DNA of 64,000 nt, from positions 2,604,001 to 2,668,000 of the forward strand of contig JAMWBK010000004.1 of NCBI GenBank assembly GCA_029953675.1, read 5' to 3'. Positions 62,253-64,000 of the stretch are shown piece after piece. A program made the translations under genes and the position numbers. Within the stretch, counting starts at the first letter, position 1, and every line of letters starts with the position of its first letter. The notes below the pieces were generated by a model. That model searched no databases and was not told the origin of the DNA. It was given only the letters and a program-made list of their open reading frames with translations. Source of the DNA: Rhodosorus marinus CCMP1338 (lineage: Eukaryota; Plantae; Rhodophyta).

Positions 62253-62763
62253 AGCTGATCTGAGCGATCTGTTCTCCCACCTGCGATTCCTTTGCTTTTT
62301 CAAAACTTGGATCACGAGGATCTTCCGCCGTGACATTCAACAGCCACAGCTCAGGTACCTCGAGCTCAGCTTTGAAGATAGTTGATGATCGTGAATCCAC
62401 ATCAAATGGAGCGAACATTCGTTTTTCAATCCGTCGTTCCGCACCTGACGATCAACAATGCGGGAACAGAAGAGGAGTCCTACAAGGCTAGACTTGTGGA
62501 GCAGGGTTTCAAAGACCTGGATCGAAAGTCTTGACGACGTATGAAAGAAAAAAAATTAGATGAGCGTCGACATGGGCTTGAGAGAGACAACCCCTGGCAA
62601 GGATAACATTCTGGAATGCACAGTCTTCTCCAGCGCGTTGCCGGGCCTTGATACAACGTGTGGTACACTGAATGCATCCCAATACCTCAGAGCTAGCGAG
62701 CCTGGCTATAGCGGTCCGCCGGAGCTTCGTCGAGACCCGTCTTGCTTGTATTTTAGTTTTTAG
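62253..62763 (+). mobile_element. Degraded Ty1/copia reverse transcriptase fragment
   Basis: NGANI...(frameshift)LTINNAGTEEESYKARLVEQGFKDLDRK at 62445-62531 and DPSCLY near 62734, with stops and frameshifts; the preceding DPR..FE.AK block is on the opposite strand. Confidence 0.62.
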
Positions 62764-63065
62764 GTATGGGCTCAGTGTGCGCAGCGACGAATGCTCTCTA
62801 TGATGTCTTTACTATAGAATATTGTGCGTTTTTGGGCACGTAGCCTCTTCATTGTTTTTTGTTTCCGAGACGTGATCCATGTACGAGAAGAATCTAACCT
62901 CGGATCCAACAAAGCAAAAATTTCTCACGGGATTCGTTCAGCAGCGACGCAGCATGTGAGTTAGAAGTCATTAGAAAGAGTGTACTCCGCCGGAGGAATA
63001 CAGAGAGCCTTGACATGTCCCCTAAGCAACGCTGGATGATCCACACGCTACCACTGTCGGCTTTC

Positions 63066-64000
63066 CTATTCCTCTTCATTGAGATCTACAAACCTGTCTT
63101 TGGAGGCACCGCATTGAGGACAAGCGAAATCGCTTCCGAAAAACTTAAACTCCCTTCCTGCAGCTGGGAATAGCGTATACCTGGTGGATCGAAGCAAAAG
63201 GGATGCTTAGCTTTCGAAGGGAGAAAACCGCCCCTGTGAATCTCTAATGGTGAGCACCAAGATACCCGCAGTCAAGGCACTGGTAAGCGTGAACTGTTGG
63301 TTGCTGCTCAATCGGTTCCACTGGAGCCTCTAAGTTTTCTCCAGAGCTCAGTGCCTGCTCCTCTGCTTCGAGAGCCTTCGCTGCTTCCTCCTCTCTCAAT
63401 CTTTGACGCTCAAGGACAACGCTACGGAAAATACTCTCCGCTTCTCCTTGAGAAAGCTTCAAGACGTCGGCCTCCCGAGCTGGGGCCATCGTAGCTTCCT
63501 CCTCGTCCAATGCATGTTCGCAAGCCTGTCAAAATTCTTAGACTTAGTTGTGATTCCGATTGCATGCCATTATTCCGCAAACATTTCTAAATCTTACCTC
63601 ACGATAAACACGGTCAAGGACAGACCTCTGCAAATCATCGACGGTGGAACTACCATAGCGGAACATCTTCCTGATTTCCAGCTTTTCCAGGGCCTTTGCG
63701 CCAAGAATTCGCTCCGCTGCGAACAGGATCTTTCCAAGAACTGAGGGTTGCGACCTCACCTCCAGTCCTACTTCATTGAAGCACAGCACCGCCTTTGAAT
63801 CTGAGATCTTGAGGAGCTCTTTCGCGTCCTGTACTCTCTCGATCGTTTCCACCGACATGACACCACCTGTGAACAACTCGCGTGTGAAAGACTTGAACAT
63901 CTGGCCTCGGAGAACGCCAGGCCCAAGCTTCTTCTTGAAAGTCCGAGTAATCTCGCGCATATTTTCATATGTATTCCCGTACAACGCGACGTCCTCGCCG
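63066..64000 (-). CDS. Partial gene (5' end outside the window): helical protein ending in a rubredoxin-like domain
   Basis: Exons >64000-63598, 63525-63266, 63180-63066. C-terminus YQCLDCGYTLFPAAGREFKFFGSDFACPQCGASKDRF (CxxC...CPxC). Confidence 0.75.

Overview
Gene-dense eukaryotic nuclear DNA with about 28 protein genes and short GT-AG introns (mostly 80-120 nt). Several genes carry MAFV/MVGF-type plastid transit peptides, which points to a unicellular red alga (inference; not identified by search). Recognisable genes: DPH4, THF1/Psb29, HPRT, plastid RimM, a LARP7-like La protein, proteasome alpha4, peptide deformylase, two tandem bacterial-type cystathionine beta-lyases (MetC), RPS19, an RNase III with a long extension, RECQ1-type helicase, a DUF218 protein, a PPR protein, a DHHC acyltransferase, an EGY-type M50 protein, CTF4/AND-1, FTHFS, HemL, NDUFAF1/CIA30 and a rubredoxin-domain protein. 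No rRNA, tRNA or CRISPR array was found. Top leads: (1) an 801-aa CEP192/SPD-2-like centrosomal scaffold in a lineage that lacks centrioles; (2) two ~183-nt intergenic copies whose differences preserve several helices, i.e. an unannotated structured RNA; (3) a C/D-box-like small RNA ending in a U-run, head-to-head with a LARP7-like gene that appears to have two La motifs; (4) a MetC duplicate that lost the transit peptide and the PLP-binding Arg; (5) an RNase III spliced to an unknown ~457-aa domain. All exon structures, alignments and folds were worked out by eye and need computational confirmation.
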